Part shown: in pieces, positions 7,974 through 18,199 of the stretch | Layout: each line of letters begins with the position of its first letter | Numbering within the stretch: position 1 is the first letter of the stretch | DNA from: Candidatus Nanosyncoccaceae bacterium | GTDB taxonomy: Bacteria; Patescibacteriota; Saccharimonadia; Saccharimonadales; Saccharimonadaceae | DNA length: 64,000 bases | Reading direction: 5' to 3' | Assembly (NCBI GenBank): GCA_045590975.1 | Contig: JAZNRZ010000001.1 | Location: forward strand, 10,900 to 74,899 | The notes under the pieces: model-generated | What the model saw: only the letters and a program-made list of their open reading frames with translations | What the model was told of the DNA's origin: nothing | The model's database searches: none | Translations under genes and position numbers: made by a program

Positions 7974-8003
7974 AAAAGAGACCATAAAATGGTCTCTTTT
8001 TTT
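7974..8003 (+). terminator. intrinsic terminator
   Basis: AAAAGAGACCA / TGGTCTCTTTT + T-run. Confidence 0.85.
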
Positions 8004-8027
8004 GATGCGCCACCCCTGTTATTTATT

Positions 8028-8056
8028 GACATAAGCGTTAGAATATGCTATAATAA
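8028..8056 (+). promoter_or_regulatory. promoter TTGACA-17-TGcTATAAT
   Basis: TTGACATAAGCGTTAGAATATGCTATAAT. Confidence 0.75.
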
Positions 8057-8097
8057 TCAAATCCGAATTTCTGCCTACTACCCGAAAGGAGCACATT

Positions 8098-9165
8098 ATG
8101 AGCAAAAAGACTTTCAGTCAAAAAGTTCGCAAAAACAACGAGCGAGCTAAAAACCGCGAAAAGAAAATCGCAACCACAAGAGCCGCCTTCATGGCCGAAA
8201 ACCACGAAAAACTTGCCGGTTATGTCAAGCCCGACGACGATACTGTAATCTTCAAAGGACTCAGCGCTAAGGTTCTTGACGAGCTAAAAACTACCGTAAC
8301 ATCAAACGACTACAGTTTCACAGCTCTTCAGGACTTTTATACAGAGTTCAAGAATGAAAAAGGTAAAACCGTAAAGGTGAGATATATGAAGCCAATGGCT
8401 CCTTGCAGCCCTAGCGATCTTCTCATTCTCATGAAGGATATCTACAAAGAACGAAACCAATACAGTAACGAAGACGCCGTAGATATGCTAGAAATACTCA
8501 AAAAATGCGACGAAGATTCATTTCTTGCTACATTTTTTATCGAGTACGACGACGAGATAACCATGGGCTACATCATGACGGATCATGAAGGCGCCATTCA
8601 GGGCGTCATTATCGACACAGCAGACGTCATCAAATCCGTAGAAGCCGAAACTATTGCAACGAACAAATACAAGAGAAGCCAAAAAGAGCAAGATAGGATC
8701 GAATTATCCAAAATTTACGCCAAAAACGCACTCTTTGAAGCTATGTGTATTCTTGGCTTATACGCCATCTATTCCGTGCAATACATCATCTGCTGCTACC
8801 TCAAAGGCGAAAAACTCCCAAAACTCGACATTTCGGAACCGAAATCCGATTCAACACCAAAAACCTCTCGCTCAAGTCGTACACCTTCTGCTCAGAAAGA
8901 CCCCGCAGACAAGGACCCGAACAATTGTGTCGCCTACATCTACTACGATGTAAAGGACGGCTCGGTAACTATCGGCGGCAACAGAAACTATAGCATGAGA
9001 TGGTGGATTGTGTCTGGTCACAAAAGACACTACATTAGCGGCAAAATCGTCGACATTCCGCCTTATATAAAGGGCGACAAAGACGATCCTGATGCCCAGA
9101 GAGCACTGAAAGTCTTTACAGAGACTCATCAGCGTATTCAGTGCTACAAGCTTGTTAAACGCTGA
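8098..9165 (+). CDS. hypothetical protein, paralog of 9700..10776
   Basis: AAAGGAG lies 6 nt before the ATG. Lys-rich N-terminus. Shared blocks: VIFKG, GEKLPKL, VAYIYYDV, WWIVSGHKRH..SG..V..PPYIKGDKDDPDAQRAL. Confidence 0.8.
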   Translation: MSKKTFSQKVRKNNERAKNREKKIATTRAAFMAENHEKLAGYVKPDDDTVIFKGLSAKVLDELKTTVTSNDYSFTALQDFYTEFKNEKGKTVKVRYMKPMAPCSPSDLLILMKDIYKERNQYSNEDAVDMLEILKKCDEDSFLATFFIEYDDEITMGYIMTDHEGAIQGVIIDTADVIKSVEAETIATNKYKRSQKEQDRIELSKIYAKNALFEAMCILGLYAIYSVQYIICCYLKGEKLPKLDISEPKSDSTPKTSRSSRTPSAQKDPADKDPNNCVAYIYYDVKDGSVTIGGNRNYSMRWWIVSGHKRHYISGKIVDIPPYIKGDKDDPDAQRALKVFTETHQRIQCYKLVKR

Positions 9166-9197
9166 CAAAAATCCCCCGAGCACATTCGGGGGATTTT
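9166..9197. terminator. bidirectional terminator
   Basis: AAAATCCCCCGA / TCGGGGGATTTT. Confidence 0.85.
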
Positions 9198-9572
9198 TCA
9201 GAATAATGACACAAACACAAAAAGCCCAAGAAACACTATTACCACAATAATTAGCGTGATAATTCCATCGGCCTTTTGCCTTTCTTTAGCAAATTCGCGC
9301 GATTTCATCTCAGCCTGTGTAGCATAGAAAGTTTCACCAGTCTTTTCGTCTACATGTGGCAATCTTTCGTCCGGACCATAAGCATCCTGAAGCTTCCTAT
9401 TAAACTCCTTATCTGCCTCAGCCTGAGCCACTCGAAGCTCCGTATCTAGAATAAAATCCTCGTCAGGACTCAAGCCTTCGCCAGTCTTATTAATCGCATA
9501 AGGATTCTCGCTTTTCTCGCCCAGAGAATTAGCAACACCCTTCAAATCGCTCTTGCTCATACTTGTTATCAT
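9198..9572 (-). CDS. tail-anchored membrane protein, unknown function
   Basis: Single C-terminal TM helix ITLIIVVIVFLGLFVFVSLF. Sits between the two paralogs. Confidence 0.65.
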   Translation of the reverse strand: MITSMSKSDLKGVANSLGEKSENPYAINKTGEGLSPDEDFILDTELRVAQAEADKEFNRKLQDAYGPDERLPHVDEKTGETFYATQAEMKSREFAKERQKADGIITLIIVVIVFLGLFVFVSLF

Positions 9573-9609
9573 TATACCCCAACCACCCCTTATATAACCA
9601 TAGCCACAA

Positions 9610-9638
9610 TTGACTATTAAGCCGTTTTATGCTATAAT
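9610..9638 (+). promoter_or_regulatory. promoter cassette TTGACT-17-TGcTATAAT
   Basis: ATTGACTATTAAGCCGTTTTATGCTATAAT. Near-identical cassettes occur at 39132, 44755 and 53666. Confidence 0.75.
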
Positions 9639-9699
9639 ATACAAAGTTATTGGCACTTTTACAAATTCTGTCCCCAGACTACCAAAGGAGGTCTCTAAA

Positions 9700-10776
9700 A
9701 TGAGCAAAAATGGTAAGACTAAGTTTAACGCCAAAGTCAAAAAGGCAAAAACCCAGTCCGCAAAGCGGGCAATGCAGGAACAGGCAGATTACGAAGCCGC
9801 GAAACGCATCGTAGTAGATGACACCGAAGCTCTCTATGTGGATTCCGTTAGACCAACCGAGGATTCAGTAATATTCAAGGGCATGAACATTGACATTGCG
9901 GAAGCTCTCATCCTGAGAGCAGACAGCATGATCGAGTTCCCGTTAAGAGATCTCTACCTTGAGGTCCCCGCAAAAAACGGCAAAAAACTCAAGATTCACT
10001 GGAAACCCCTCAATAATGACATGCGTCGCAAGGCCATCAAAACCTACCTGACGCACGTGAATCGTGACTCATTTTTCAGTCAAAATATCCGCGTAATGAA
10101 CTTTTCGCTAGATTGTATCGTAGCGGAAGTTTACTACGAATACGACAACATCTATGGCCTTTCCTTTGCAATCATTAATCCGAAGGAAAGAACTATTAAT
10201 CCGCCTTATGAGGAAGTGTTTGGCATTAAAGGCTACAAACCCAAGAAGTTAACTCCCGGATGCGATTTTATTGGATTCGTATCACAAAGCGCCGCCGACA
10301 TTGGTTACAAAAACCGTGCACGCTACGAAGAGTTCAGGAATGTTACCAAAAATGTCGGCATTATTTGCAAAGCCACACAGTATCTCGTAAGCCGCTTCAT
10401 TGCGGGCGAAGAGATTCCGAAGCTTCCTGGTCTGGGTCCGAAAAAACCCGAGAGCACACACCGCAATCCAACTGACAGTAAACCCGCTAAGTCTAAGCCC
10501 AAAGAGCCCGAAAAACACGTCGCCTATATCTACTACGACGTCGAGGCTGGCGATATAGTCATTAGCAACAGTAGCCGTCATTACACCGCAAAGTGGTGGA
10601 TTGTGCGTGGTCATCAGCGTCATCTTCCGAGCGGCGACGTCGTTCAGGTTACCCCTTATATCAAGGGAGACAGAGAAGACCCCGATGCACAGAAGGCGCT
10701 CCGAGAAATCCTCAGCGGCATCGAGCGAATCAAGTATTACCAGCTCATCGCCCGCCGAGTCTTAGAGAGTAAATAA
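9700..10776 (+). CDS. hypothetical protein, paralog of 8098..9165
   Basis: AAAGGAGG lies 9 nt before ATG 9700; the track start 9610 falls inside the promoter. C-terminal block: HVAYIYYDV...WWIVRGHQRH..SG..V..TPYIKGDREDPDAQKAL. Confidence 0.8.
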   Translation: MSKNGKTKFNAKVKKAKTQSAKRAMQEQADYEAAKRIVVDDTEALYVDSVRPTEDSVIFKGMNIDIAEALILRADSMIEFPLRDLYLEVPAKNGKKLKIHWKPLNNDMRRKAIKTYLTHVNRDSFFSQNIRVMNFSLDCIVAEVYYEYDNIYGLSFAIINPKERTINPPYEEVFGIKGYKPKKLTPGCDFIGFVSQSAADIGYKNRARYEEFRNVTKNVGIICKATQYLVSRFIAGEEIPKLPGLGPKKPESTHRNPTDSKPAKSKPKEPEKHVAYIYYDVEAGDIVISNSSRHYTAKWWIVRGHQRHLPSGDVVQVTPYIKGDREDPDAQKALREILSGIERIKYYQLIARRVLESK

Positions 10777-10779
10777 CAC

Positions 10780-10809
10780 TCACCCCCCGATTTACGTCGG
10801 GGGCTTTTT
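10780..10809 (+). terminator. intrinsic terminator
   Basis: CCCCCG / CGGGGG stem + T5. Confidence 0.8.
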
Positions 10810-10902
10810 CTTGCCTAAAATCCAGATTATGATATAATATACAACGTAAGAAACGGCCATCCGGGCCGTTTTCGCACTTTTATGCCACAGGAGGTTAATA
10901 AT

Positions 10903-11415
10903 ATGGAACAGAAAAATCAGCCCCTCGTCACCATCGTCATGGGAAGCATTTCGGATGCAAAGAAGATTCTTCCTACCCTCGATTACCTGGAAGGAATCGG
11001 CGTTTCGTACTCAGTACATATCGCAAGCGCGCACAGAACACCCGATCTTGTTAAAAAGATCGTGGTCGAAAGCCACGCTCAGGTATTTATCGCCGCCGCA
11101 GGTATGGCCGCAGCACTTCCGGGATGCATCGCAGCTCTGACTATCCGACCGGTTATTGGTCTGCCACTCAGCAGCAAACACGGTCACGAAGATGCTGTTC
11201 TTGCTATGCTTCAGATGCCGCCCGGAAAGCCCGTTCTGACCGTTGGTCCCGATGCTGCAAAGAACGCAGCTATCGCCGCTTGCCAGATTCTTGCACTAAG
11301 CAATCCCGATCTTGCTCTGAAGCTCACCGACGAGTCCGTCAGAATGGCCGAAAAGGTCGAAAATGACAACATGGCAATCAACGAGACAATTAAAAAGCTG
11401 AGAGAAGACTCCTAA
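10903..11415 (+). CDS. purE: N5-carboxyaminoimidazole ribonucleotide mutase
   Basis: VTIVMGSISD, ASAHRTPDL, AAAGMAAALPG, PVIGLP. AGGAGG lies 8 nt before ATG 10903. Confidence 0.9.
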   Translation: MEQKNQPLVTIVMGSISDAKKILPTLDYLEGIGVSYSVHIASAHRTPDLVKKIVVESHAQVFIAAAGMAAALPGCIAALTIRPVIGLPLSSKHGHEDAVLAMLQMPPGKPVLTVGPDAAKNAAIAACQILALSNPDLALKLTDESVRMAEKVENDNMAINETIKKLREDS

Positions 11416-11421
11416 TGCACC

Positions 11422-11457
11422 CAGCCCGCACTAATAAAAAGTGCGGGCTATTTTTTG
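11422..11457 (+). terminator. intrinsic terminator
   Basis: AGCCCGCAC / GTGCGGGCT + T6. Confidence 0.85.
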
Positions 11458-11459
11458 GC

Positions 11460-12140
11460 CTAAATCATCTTCACGCAAATCGCAAAGCGTTCAAATTTAT
11501 CCCCAGCAGAGTTGGATGGATATTCTTCATTTGTAACCGTATCGACATCTGAGGCTTCGATATTTTCTTCAAGCACGTCCGCTCGCATTAACTGCTCTCG
11601 CGCAGCCTCAGCAAGCTTCGCATTATCTAACTTATAGATCTCAAAATTCTGCGCATGCGGAGAAAGATAAACTTTCAGGTCTTCTGGTCGGCTACCCATC
11701 TTGTCTTTCAAAAAGTTCACAAACTCATATGCGCCATCTTCTTCTAAATTCTGTCTGCCAGAATGAACAAGCGCCAAAATTTCCTGCCGGGCATCATAAA
11801 GCACGACACCCAAACAATCCGCCAGCGGCAAGAGCAGGGCAATATCTTTGGATTTCGTCACTAAGCCATCAGCTGTCTTTAGCTCAGACTCAGGCTTCAA
11901 AATACAAAAATCCGCCAAATTGTCCTCATTGACTTCGAAATACTCAAGATACGTTCCGCGATCATAAGTCGTCAAAACTCGCGCTGTTTTATCTCCAGTC
12001 GTCTCGCATTCTTTAGTAACCTTCTTCTGATTAGAAATCACCTTTTCATCTTCATCCTCAGAAAAAGAACGCATATTTCCATCGACGCGCAAAGATTCTA
12101 CAAACAATACTTTTCCGTCGCAAATTCGAAGTTTTCTCAT
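11460..12140 (-). CDS. pgeF: YfiH/PgeF (DUF152, laccase-domain) family protein
   Basis: LADCLGVVLYD...LALVHSGRQN matches the family Cys/His core. Leaderless-type TGATACTAT + 6 nt + ATG. Confidence 0.75.
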   Translation of the reverse strand: MRKLRICDGKVLFVESLRVDGNMRSFSEDEDEKVISNQKKVTKECETTGDKTARVLTTYDRGTYLEYFEVNEDNLADFCILKPESELKTADGLVTKSKDIALLLPLADCLGVVLYDARQEILALVHSGRQNLEEDGAYEFVNFLKDKMGSRPEDLKVYLSPHAQNFEIYKLDNAKLAEAAREQLMRADVLEENIEASDVDTVTNEEYPSNSAGDKFERFAICVKMI

Positions 12141-12186
12141 ACATCAATAGTATCATTCCGCGCCATACTCTTTTGTTTATATAGCC

Positions 12187-12269
12187 ATTAGCTTGCAAAA
12201 TCTGCAAGTTTTTACAGATAAGCCAATAATGCTCAGGTGGATTAGCTTGCGAAAATCGCAAGCTAATCC
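12187..12269. repeat. REP-like intergenic element, copy 1
   Basis: CTTGCAAAATCTGCAAG hairpin, CAGATAAGCCAATAATGCTCAGGTG core, GGATTAGCTTGCGAAAATCGCAAGCTAATCC hairpin. Confidence 0.8.
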
Positions 12270-12334
12270 ATACAAATTAAAACCAACCAGGGTATTAGGA
12301 AATTTAACCACAAGCAATATGCTACAATAATACT

Positions 12335-14185
12335 ATGGCAACAGTCTTAATAGTGGGCAATATTACTAAAGACATTTATCTTCGAATGGATAACCGTCGC
12401 AATCATTTCGAGAAAGACCAGTACGACAAAAACTGGTTAGATATCGCATTTGACGGAAGTTCACACAAATTCTATTCCCGCGCCTCAATCTATGGCGGCG
12501 CAAGCGTTAGCCTAGAGATCCTTGAACGCTTTGGAATAAACACCCAAATTGTAAACACGCCAGCCCGCTTTATCGATGGTCAATTCTTGGCCAACGAAGC
12601 CCAAACAGATTACCGCTATATTCTTTGCCACGACAGAGATATTTCTTATCTAACCCCAAGCGAGATTCGCGAATCCGCCTGGGAAGACCCAGAAGTTGCT
12701 CCAGATTGGCTATATATCGACCGTAGTGCAAACATCACGCCAATCCTTGGCGAAAAAATTAGTATCTACTTAAGCCTAAACAAAAAGACCAGACTCGCCA
12801 TCTTTATTAGCAAGCGCAGCAACCAAAATGCCCGCCATATGCAAAAGTTGCTTCGCCGCGCCAGTATCATTATGACCGACACTGCCTTAAGCTTCCCTGC
12901 CAAGAATCCAGTCATAATCACAAACACTCACGTCATCTTCCAGGGTCGCCAGATTTCAGCCCCACTACATGTCGACAGTAAAGATTTGCTCACCAAGCTA
13001 AATATTCATCTAACTGTCGCCGCCACTATTCTTGGCGCAATTATTCGCGGCAAGACCGTCAACGAGTGCCTATTACTCGCTCGCGCTAACGTCGAAGAGT
13101 CCAAACTTGGCAATACTGCAAACCTAACCAAGCTCGAAAAAGCCATTCTTGGCGATAAGTATCTCGTAGAAAAATTCACCCCGAAAGGACATAAAATGCT
13201 AGAAATCGAAGAAAACGCCCAGCTCATGATGACCCCAGGAAAGGGCATTCTTGCCGCAGACGAATCTGGTGGCTCCATTCATAAAAAGTTCGAAGCTATG
13301 AACATCCCAGACGACGAACAACATCGTCGCGACTACCGCAATCTATTCTTTACGACCCCAGGTCTAGAAAACTTTATTAGCGGCGTCATTCTATTCGACG
13401 AAACCGCAAGGCAAAAAGCCGACAGCGGAGAAGATTTCGTAACCTTCCTTCGCAAGAAGAAGATTATTGCCGGTATCAAGGTTGACCAAGGTCTAGAAAA
13501 CTTCGAAAATTCCGACGAGAAATACACCAAAGGTCTCGAAGGCCTCCCAGAACGCCTTTCAGAATATTACAAGATGGGCGCACGTTTCGCAAAGTGGCGT
13601 GCAGCCTTCGAGCTTACCGATCATAGCCCAAGCGACATGGCCATTCAGAAGAATGCCGAAATCCTTGCTCAATATGCCAAAGATTGCCAGGATGCCAATA
13701 TCGTTCCTATCGTCGAACCAGAACTAGTCTACGATGGCTACTATACAATCGAACAAAACATCGAAACAACCGGCAAGATTCTAGACAAACTCTTCGAAGA
13801 GCTACAAAAGAAGAACGTCAATCTTCGCGGCTGCATCCTCAAGTGCAACATGGTACTAGCAGGCAAGAAATACGAAACTCAGTCCACTCCAGCAGAAGTC
13901 GGTAAAGCGACGGCAGATACGCTTCGCAAGCACGTTCCAGAAGAACTTGCAGGCGTTGTATTCCTAAGCGGTGGTCAGACTGTTCAGCAGGCCACAGATA
14001 ACCTACAAGAGGTCACAAACAATGGCCCATTCCCATGGCCAGTCACCTTCAGCTACGCTCGCGCCTTGCAAGGCCCAGCCCTAGAAGCTTGGAAGGGCAA
14101 CAACGCAAACTATACCGAGGCAAAGAACGCCTTCCTAGCTCGCCTCGTAGCAAACTGCGACGCATTGTCTAAGACAAATAGCTAA
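12335..14185 (+). CDS. fusion protein: degenerate PfkB/ribokinase-like N-domain + class I fructose-bisphosphate aldolase
   Basis: MATVLIVGNITKDIY... is PfkB-like, and the GAGD position reads LTVAATILGA. GKGILAADESGGS, IAGIKVDQG and ILKCNMV are class I FBA motifs. Single uninterrupted ORF. Leaderless: TGCTACAAT + 6 nt + ATG. Confidence 0.85.
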   Translation: MATVLIVGNITKDIYLRMDNRRNHFEKDQYDKNWLDIAFDGSSHKFYSRASIYGGASVSLEILERFGINTQIVNTPARFIDGQFLANEAQTDYRYILCHDRDISYLTPSEIRESAWEDPEVAPDWLYIDRSANITPILGEKISIYLSLNKKTRLAIFISKRSNQNARHMQKLLRRASIIMTDTALSFPAKNPVIITNTHVIFQGRQISAPLHVDSKDLLTKLNIHLTVAATILGAIIRGKTVNECLLLARANVEESKLGNTANLTKLEKAILGDKYLVEKFTPKGHKMLEIEENAQLMMTPGKGILAADESGGSIHKKFEAMNIPDDEQHRRDYRNLFFTTPGLENFISGVILFDETARQKADSGEDFVTFLRKKKIIAGIKVDQGLENFENSDEKYTKGLEGLPERLSEYYKMGARFAKWRAAFELTDHSPSDMAIQKNAEILAQYAKDCQDANIVPIVEPELVYDGYYTIEQNIETTGKILDKLFEELQKKNVNLRGCILKCNMVLAGKKYETQSTPAEVGKATADTLRKHVPEELAGVVFLSGGQTVQQATDNLQEVTNNGPFPWPVTFSYARALQGPALEAWKGNNANYTEAKNAFLARLVANCDALSKTNS

Positions 14186-14187
14186 AT

Positions 14188-14215
14188 AAAATACTCCCGA
14201 AAGGGAGTATTTTTA
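14188..14215 (+). terminator. intrinsic terminator
   Basis: ATACTCCC / GGGAGTAT + T-run. Confidence 0.8.
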
Positions 14216-14221
14216 TATCCA

Positions 14222-14254
14222 CAAAAAACACCCCGACCAGCAGGGTGTTTTTCA
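14222..14254 (-). terminator. intrinsic terminator of rplY
   Basis: Minus strand: ACACCC...GGGUGU + U7. Confidence 0.8.
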
Positions 14255-14265
14255 AAACTACTAAA

Positions 14266-14943
14266 CTAAGCTTCTTCTTTCTTTTCTTCTTCAGCAGCTT
14301 CAGCGGCAGCTTCTTCTTCTGCGCGAGCTTCTTCGGCAGCCTTATCAGCCTCAGCCTTTGCTTCGCGTTCAGCAGCTTCCTGAGCTGGATCGTAAACGTT
14401 TGCAATTACAGCTTCAGTATCAAGCTCTTTATCTGCGAACTCTACACCTTTTGGAAGAGTAATATCTGCAATAACTAGACGATCACCAGCAGCTGCAAGT
14501 TTCGTTGCGTCAACTTCGATTGCTTCTGGAAGATCAGCAGGCTTTGCCTTAACATCGATTTCTTCAAGAACATGTAGGATCTCTAGGTGAGCCTTAGCAG
14601 CTTCAGATGCTTCAAAGTTTACAACCTTAATTGGAGCAGTAGCTTCAACAACGGCGCTAGCCTTGATTGCCTGAAATTCAACGTTATCGATAGAATGCTT
14701 AACTGGGTTAATAGCAACATTCTTGATCATAGCCATCTGCTTCTTGCCATCAATCATTAGATCGATTGGAGAATGATAACCAGCAGCACGAACTGCCTTA
14801 TCTGTTTCTACATACTCAGACTGAGTCAAAATCGGCTCTTTACCACCAAATACGACTGAAGGAACAATACCTTGCTCGCGGAGGGATTTTGCTTTCTTTC
14901 CGGTAAGCTCACGCTTGGTGAGATTCAATGAAGTTTCACTCAT
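14266..14943 (-). CDS. rplY: ribosomal protein L25/Ctc with Ala/Glu/Lys-rich C-terminal tail
   Basis: LNLTKRELTGKKAKSLREQGIVPSVVFG; typical L25 N-domain. Confidence 0.9.
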   Translation of the reverse strand: MSETSLNLTKRELTGKKAKSLREQGIVPSVVFGGKEPILTQSEYVETDKAVRAAGYHSPIDLMIDGKKQMAMIKNVAINPVKHSIDNVEFQAIKASAVVEATAPIKVVNFEASEAAKAHLEILHVLEEIDVKAKPADLPEAIEVDATKLAAAGDRLVIADITLPKGVEFADKELDTEAVIANVYDPAQEAAEREAKAEADKAAEEARAEEEAAAEAAEEEKKEEA

Positions 14944-15087
14944 GATTTTCTTTCCCTAAATTAACCTTTTATATCTAATATGTTACCCCATTTAATTTAT
15001 CTTAGCAAACAGATAAAGCTTAAATCATATCACCGACAAAAAAACATTAATCTCTACTAGAGTTAGCTATTTTCTTAAACCGTATAC

Positions 15088-15169
15088 AATTGCTTGCGAA
15101 AATCGCAAGTAATTACACCTTAGCAAAATTAGCTCATCTGGCATTACTTGCGGATTCTGCAAGTAAATG
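15088..15169. repeat. REP-like intergenic element, copy 2 (inverted orientation)
   Basis: The reverse complement aligns with copies 1 and 3: CTTGCAGAATCCGCAAG...CAGATGAGC...AAGGTG...ACTTGCGATTTTCGCAAGCAATT. Confidence 0.8.
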
Positions 15170-15209
15170 GCCATATAGCAAAAAAACAACAAACAAAGAA
15201 AAATCTCTG

Positions 15210-18068
15210 CTATTTCAATAGTTTCTTTAGATATTCGCCAGTGACAGATTTGGCATTCTTTGCCACCTCTTCGGGCGTACCAACAGCGACAACCTTACCA
15301 CCACCTTGGCCGCCTTCTGGACCCATATCAATGATATAATCCGCACTCTTAATCACATCAAGATTGTGCTCAATAATAATCATCGAGTTGCCACCATCTA
15401 CAAGCTTCTGCAAGATAGAGAGCAAGCGCCCAACGTCATCTGTATGAAGACCCGTCGTAGGCTCATCGAGGATATACAAAGTCTTACCAGTCGAACGACG
15501 CGCAAGCTCGGTTGCAAGCTTAATACGCTGCGCCTCACCACCAGAGAAGGTTGTTGCTGGCTGACCAAGACGAATATAGCCAAGACCAACTTCTTGCAAA
15601 GTCTTCATCTTGTTAGCGATTACAGGGATATTCTCAAAGAATTCAACCGCTTCATCGACCGTCATTTCGAGCACATCAGAAATCGTCTTGCCTTTATAGC
15701 GAACTTCGAGCGCCTCGCGGTTATATCTCTTGCCGTGACAAGCATCACAAGTCACAAAGACATCTGGCAAGAAATGCATCTCAATCTTAATAACGCCATC
15801 ACCCTGACAATTCTCACAGCGACCACCTTTAACATTGAAAGAGAAGCGACCAGGGCCATAACCACGCACCTGCGCCTCTGGCTGGTTAGCAAATAGATCA
15901 CGAATATAGTTAAATACGCCAGTATAGGTTGCCGGATTCGAACGAGGAGTGCGACCAATCGGCGACTGATCAATCACGATAGCCTTATTTAGGTTCTCAA
16001 TACCATCAATGCGATCATGTGCGCCAGGAACCGTCTGAGCGCGATGCAGGCGCGCTAGGAGCTCATTAGCCACAATACTATTCACGAGCGTAGATTTACC
16101 CGAACCAGACACGCCAGAAACGACCGTCATAACGCCAAGCGGAAACTTCACGTCAATATTCTTCAAGTTGTTCTCGCGCGCACCAATCACCTCCAAAAAC
16201 TTGCCACTTGGCTTGCGGCGCTTCTTTGGCACGGCAATCTTTTTCTTGCCAGAAAGATACTGACCCGTAATCGAATCTTTCATCTTTGCAACTTCGTCAG
16301 GCGTGCCGGCGGCAACCACTTCACCACCTTTAACACCCGCACCAGGACCAATATCTACAAGATAATCTGCCGAACGAATCGTATCTTCATCATGCTCAAC
16401 CACAATAACCGTGTTATGAAGATCACGAAGATGTTTCAAAGTAGCAATCAAACGGTCGTTATCTCTCTGATGCAAACCAATCGAAGGCTCATCGAGCACA
16501 TACAAAACACCCTGAAGACCAGAACCAATCTGTGTCGCCAAACGAATACGCTGCGCCTCGCCACCAGAAAGGGTAGCTGCCGAGCGAGAAAGCTCAAGAT
16601 AGTTAAGACCAACGTCTTTCATGAAGCCAACACGAGATTTAATCTCCTTCAAAATCGGACCAGCAATCATTTGCTCGTTTTCAGTTAGGCCAAGGTCGCC
16701 ACTCAATACATCGAGCGTCTGATCGACATCCATCGAGCACATATCCATGATATTAAGATCATGAACTGTAACCGCCAAAACAACCGGCTTCAAGCGCGCA
16801 CCATGGCAGCTCTGGCAAACCCTCTCACGCATAAAGCGCTCGATATCTTTGCGAATAAACTCCGACTCAGTTTCTTTGTGTCTTCTTTCAAGGTTAGGAA
16901 TCACGCCTTCATAAACCGAATCATATTCATAGCCATTACTTAGCTTAACGTGATATTTTTCGTCGCCTGTACCATAAAGAATAATATGTTTTGCTTCGTC
17001 AGAAAGCAGACCGATCGGCTCACGCACCGAGAAACCATGCTTCTCGCCAACCGCAGCAAGGCGCTTTAGCCACCAAGAATCCTGATTAATGCGGTTGTAT
17101 GGACGAATCCCACCCTCAGCAATCGTCAAGTTAGGATTCAAAACAAGTTCTGGATCAATTTCCATCCTCGTACCAAGGCCAGTACAGACTGGACAGGCAC
17201 CCTGTGGCTGGTTAAACGAGAATAGACGAGGCTCAAGTTCTGGAATCAACTCATCTGGATGATCTGGACAAGCATAGCGCTGCGAATAAGTTACAACTTC
17301 CGCATCCAAAGTATTGATATGATTGCCGCCAAGCGCCGTCGAATTATCCTTAATGCAAAGTACCTTCAAAATACCGTCACCAAGCGTCAAAGCCTGCTCG
17401 ACAGAACTAGAAATACGACTCTCCATATCTGGAGCCATCACATAACGATCCACGACGATTTCAATATCGTGGTAAAGATTCTTGTCTAGCTCTGGCCATT
17501 CATCAAGAGAGTAGATAATACCGTCAACGCGCGCACGCGCAAAGCCTTTTGCCTGATACTGCTCACCAATATGCGAGAAAGAACCTTTCTTATGCGTAAC
17601 AATTGGCGCCAAAATCATAAGCTTAGAAGAAACTTTCCAAGTCAAAACCTGATCAATCACATCCTGGACACTACGCTTTGCAACCTCTTTATGACAAATC
17701 GGACAATGTGGCACACCAATACGAGCAAAGAGAAGACGAAGATAATCATAGATTTCGGTAACGGTTGCGACCGTAGAACGAGGGTTGCGCGAAGTGGATT
17801 TCTGATCAATCGAAATTGCTGGAGAAAGACCAGTAATCATATCAACGTCAGGCTTATCCATGACGCCTAGGAACATACGAGCATAAGACGAAAGAGACTC
17901 AACATAGCGACGCTGACCTTCAGCATAAATCGTGTCAAAAGCAAGGGAAGATTTTCCGGAACCAGAAAGCCCCGTCATGACAACGAGCTTATCTCGCGGA
18001 ATGTCAATGTCTATGTTTTTAAGATTGTTCGCGCGCGCACCGCGAATCCTGATTACGTCTCCATCCAT
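15210..18068 (-). CDS. uvrA: excinuclease ABC subunit A
   Basis: [50 protein letters not shown]; two ABC modules. Confidence 0.98.
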   Translation of the reverse strand: MDGDVIRIRGARANNLKNIDIDIPRDKLVVMTGLSGSGKSSLAFDTIYAEGQRRYVESLSSYARMFLGVMDKPDVDMITGLSPAISIDQKSTSRNPRSTVATVTEIYDYLRLLFARIGVPHCPICHKEVAKRSVQDVIDQVLTWKVSSKLMILAPIVTHKKGSFSHIGEQYQAKGFARARVDGIIYSLDEWPELDKNLYHDIEIVVDRYVMAPDMESRISSSVEQALTLGDGILKVLCIKDNSTALGGNHINTLDAEVVTYSQRYACPDHPDELIPELEPRLFSFNQPQGACPVCTGLGTRMEIDPELVLNPNLTIAEGGIRPYNRINQDSWWLKRLAAVGEKHGFSVREPIGLLSDEAKHIILYGTGDEKYHVKLSNGYEYDSVYEGVIPNLERRHKETESEFIRKDIERFMRERVCQSCHGARLKPVVLAVTVHDLNIMDMCSMDVDQTLDVLSGDLGLTENEQMIAGPILKEIKSRVGFMKDVGLNYLELSRSAATLSGGEAQRIRLATQIGSGLQGVLYVLDEPSIGLHQRDNDRLIATLKHLRDLHNTVIVVEHDEDTIRSADYLVDIGPGAGVKGGEVVAAGTPDEVAKMKDSITGQYLSGKKKIAVPKKRRKPSGKFLEVIGARENNLKNIDVKFPLGVMTVVSGVSGSGKSTLVNSIVANELLARLHRAQTVPGAHDRIDGIENLNKAIVIDQSPIGRTPRSNPATYTGVFNYIRDLFANQPEAQVRGYGPGRFSFNVKGGRCENCQGDGVIKIEMHFLPDVFVTCDACHGKRYNREALEVRYKGKTISDVLEMTVDEAVEFFENIPVIANKMKTLQEVGLGYIRLGQPATTFSGGEAQRIKLATELARRSTGKTLYILDEPTTGLHTDDVGRLLSILQKLVDGGNSMIIIEHNLDVIKSADYIIDMGPEGGQGGGKVVAVGTPEEVAKNAKSVTGEYLKKLLK

Positions 18069-18163
18069 GGCTAGAAATTATACCTTAAAATCGCCCAAAA
18101 ATCCAGTAGCTTACGACTTGCGTAGATTATCTTTTTATTTTCTAATCAATACTTTTATAGCCA

Positions 18164-18192
18164 TGCAAAAGCGCCCGAACAAGTCGAGCGCT
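18164..18192 (-). terminator. intrinsic terminator
   Basis: Minus strand: AAGCGCUCGA...UCGGGCGCUU + U-run. Confidence 0.75.
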
Positions 18193-18199
18193 TAGGATT

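Noticed and set aside
9610-9699. Upstream extensions of track ORFs, also at 25946-25972, 10882-10902, 28807-28830, 31246-31281, 42262-42300 and 62925-62948.
   Set aside because: The extensions run through -35/-10 elements or SDs. Internal ATGs with proper SD spacing or leaderless geometry fit better.
12335-14185. Two separate genes (kinase-like + aldolase) instead of a fusion.
   Set aside because: The frame is continuous with no stop. The internal Met at the junction lacks an SD or promoter. Only resequencing could overturn this.
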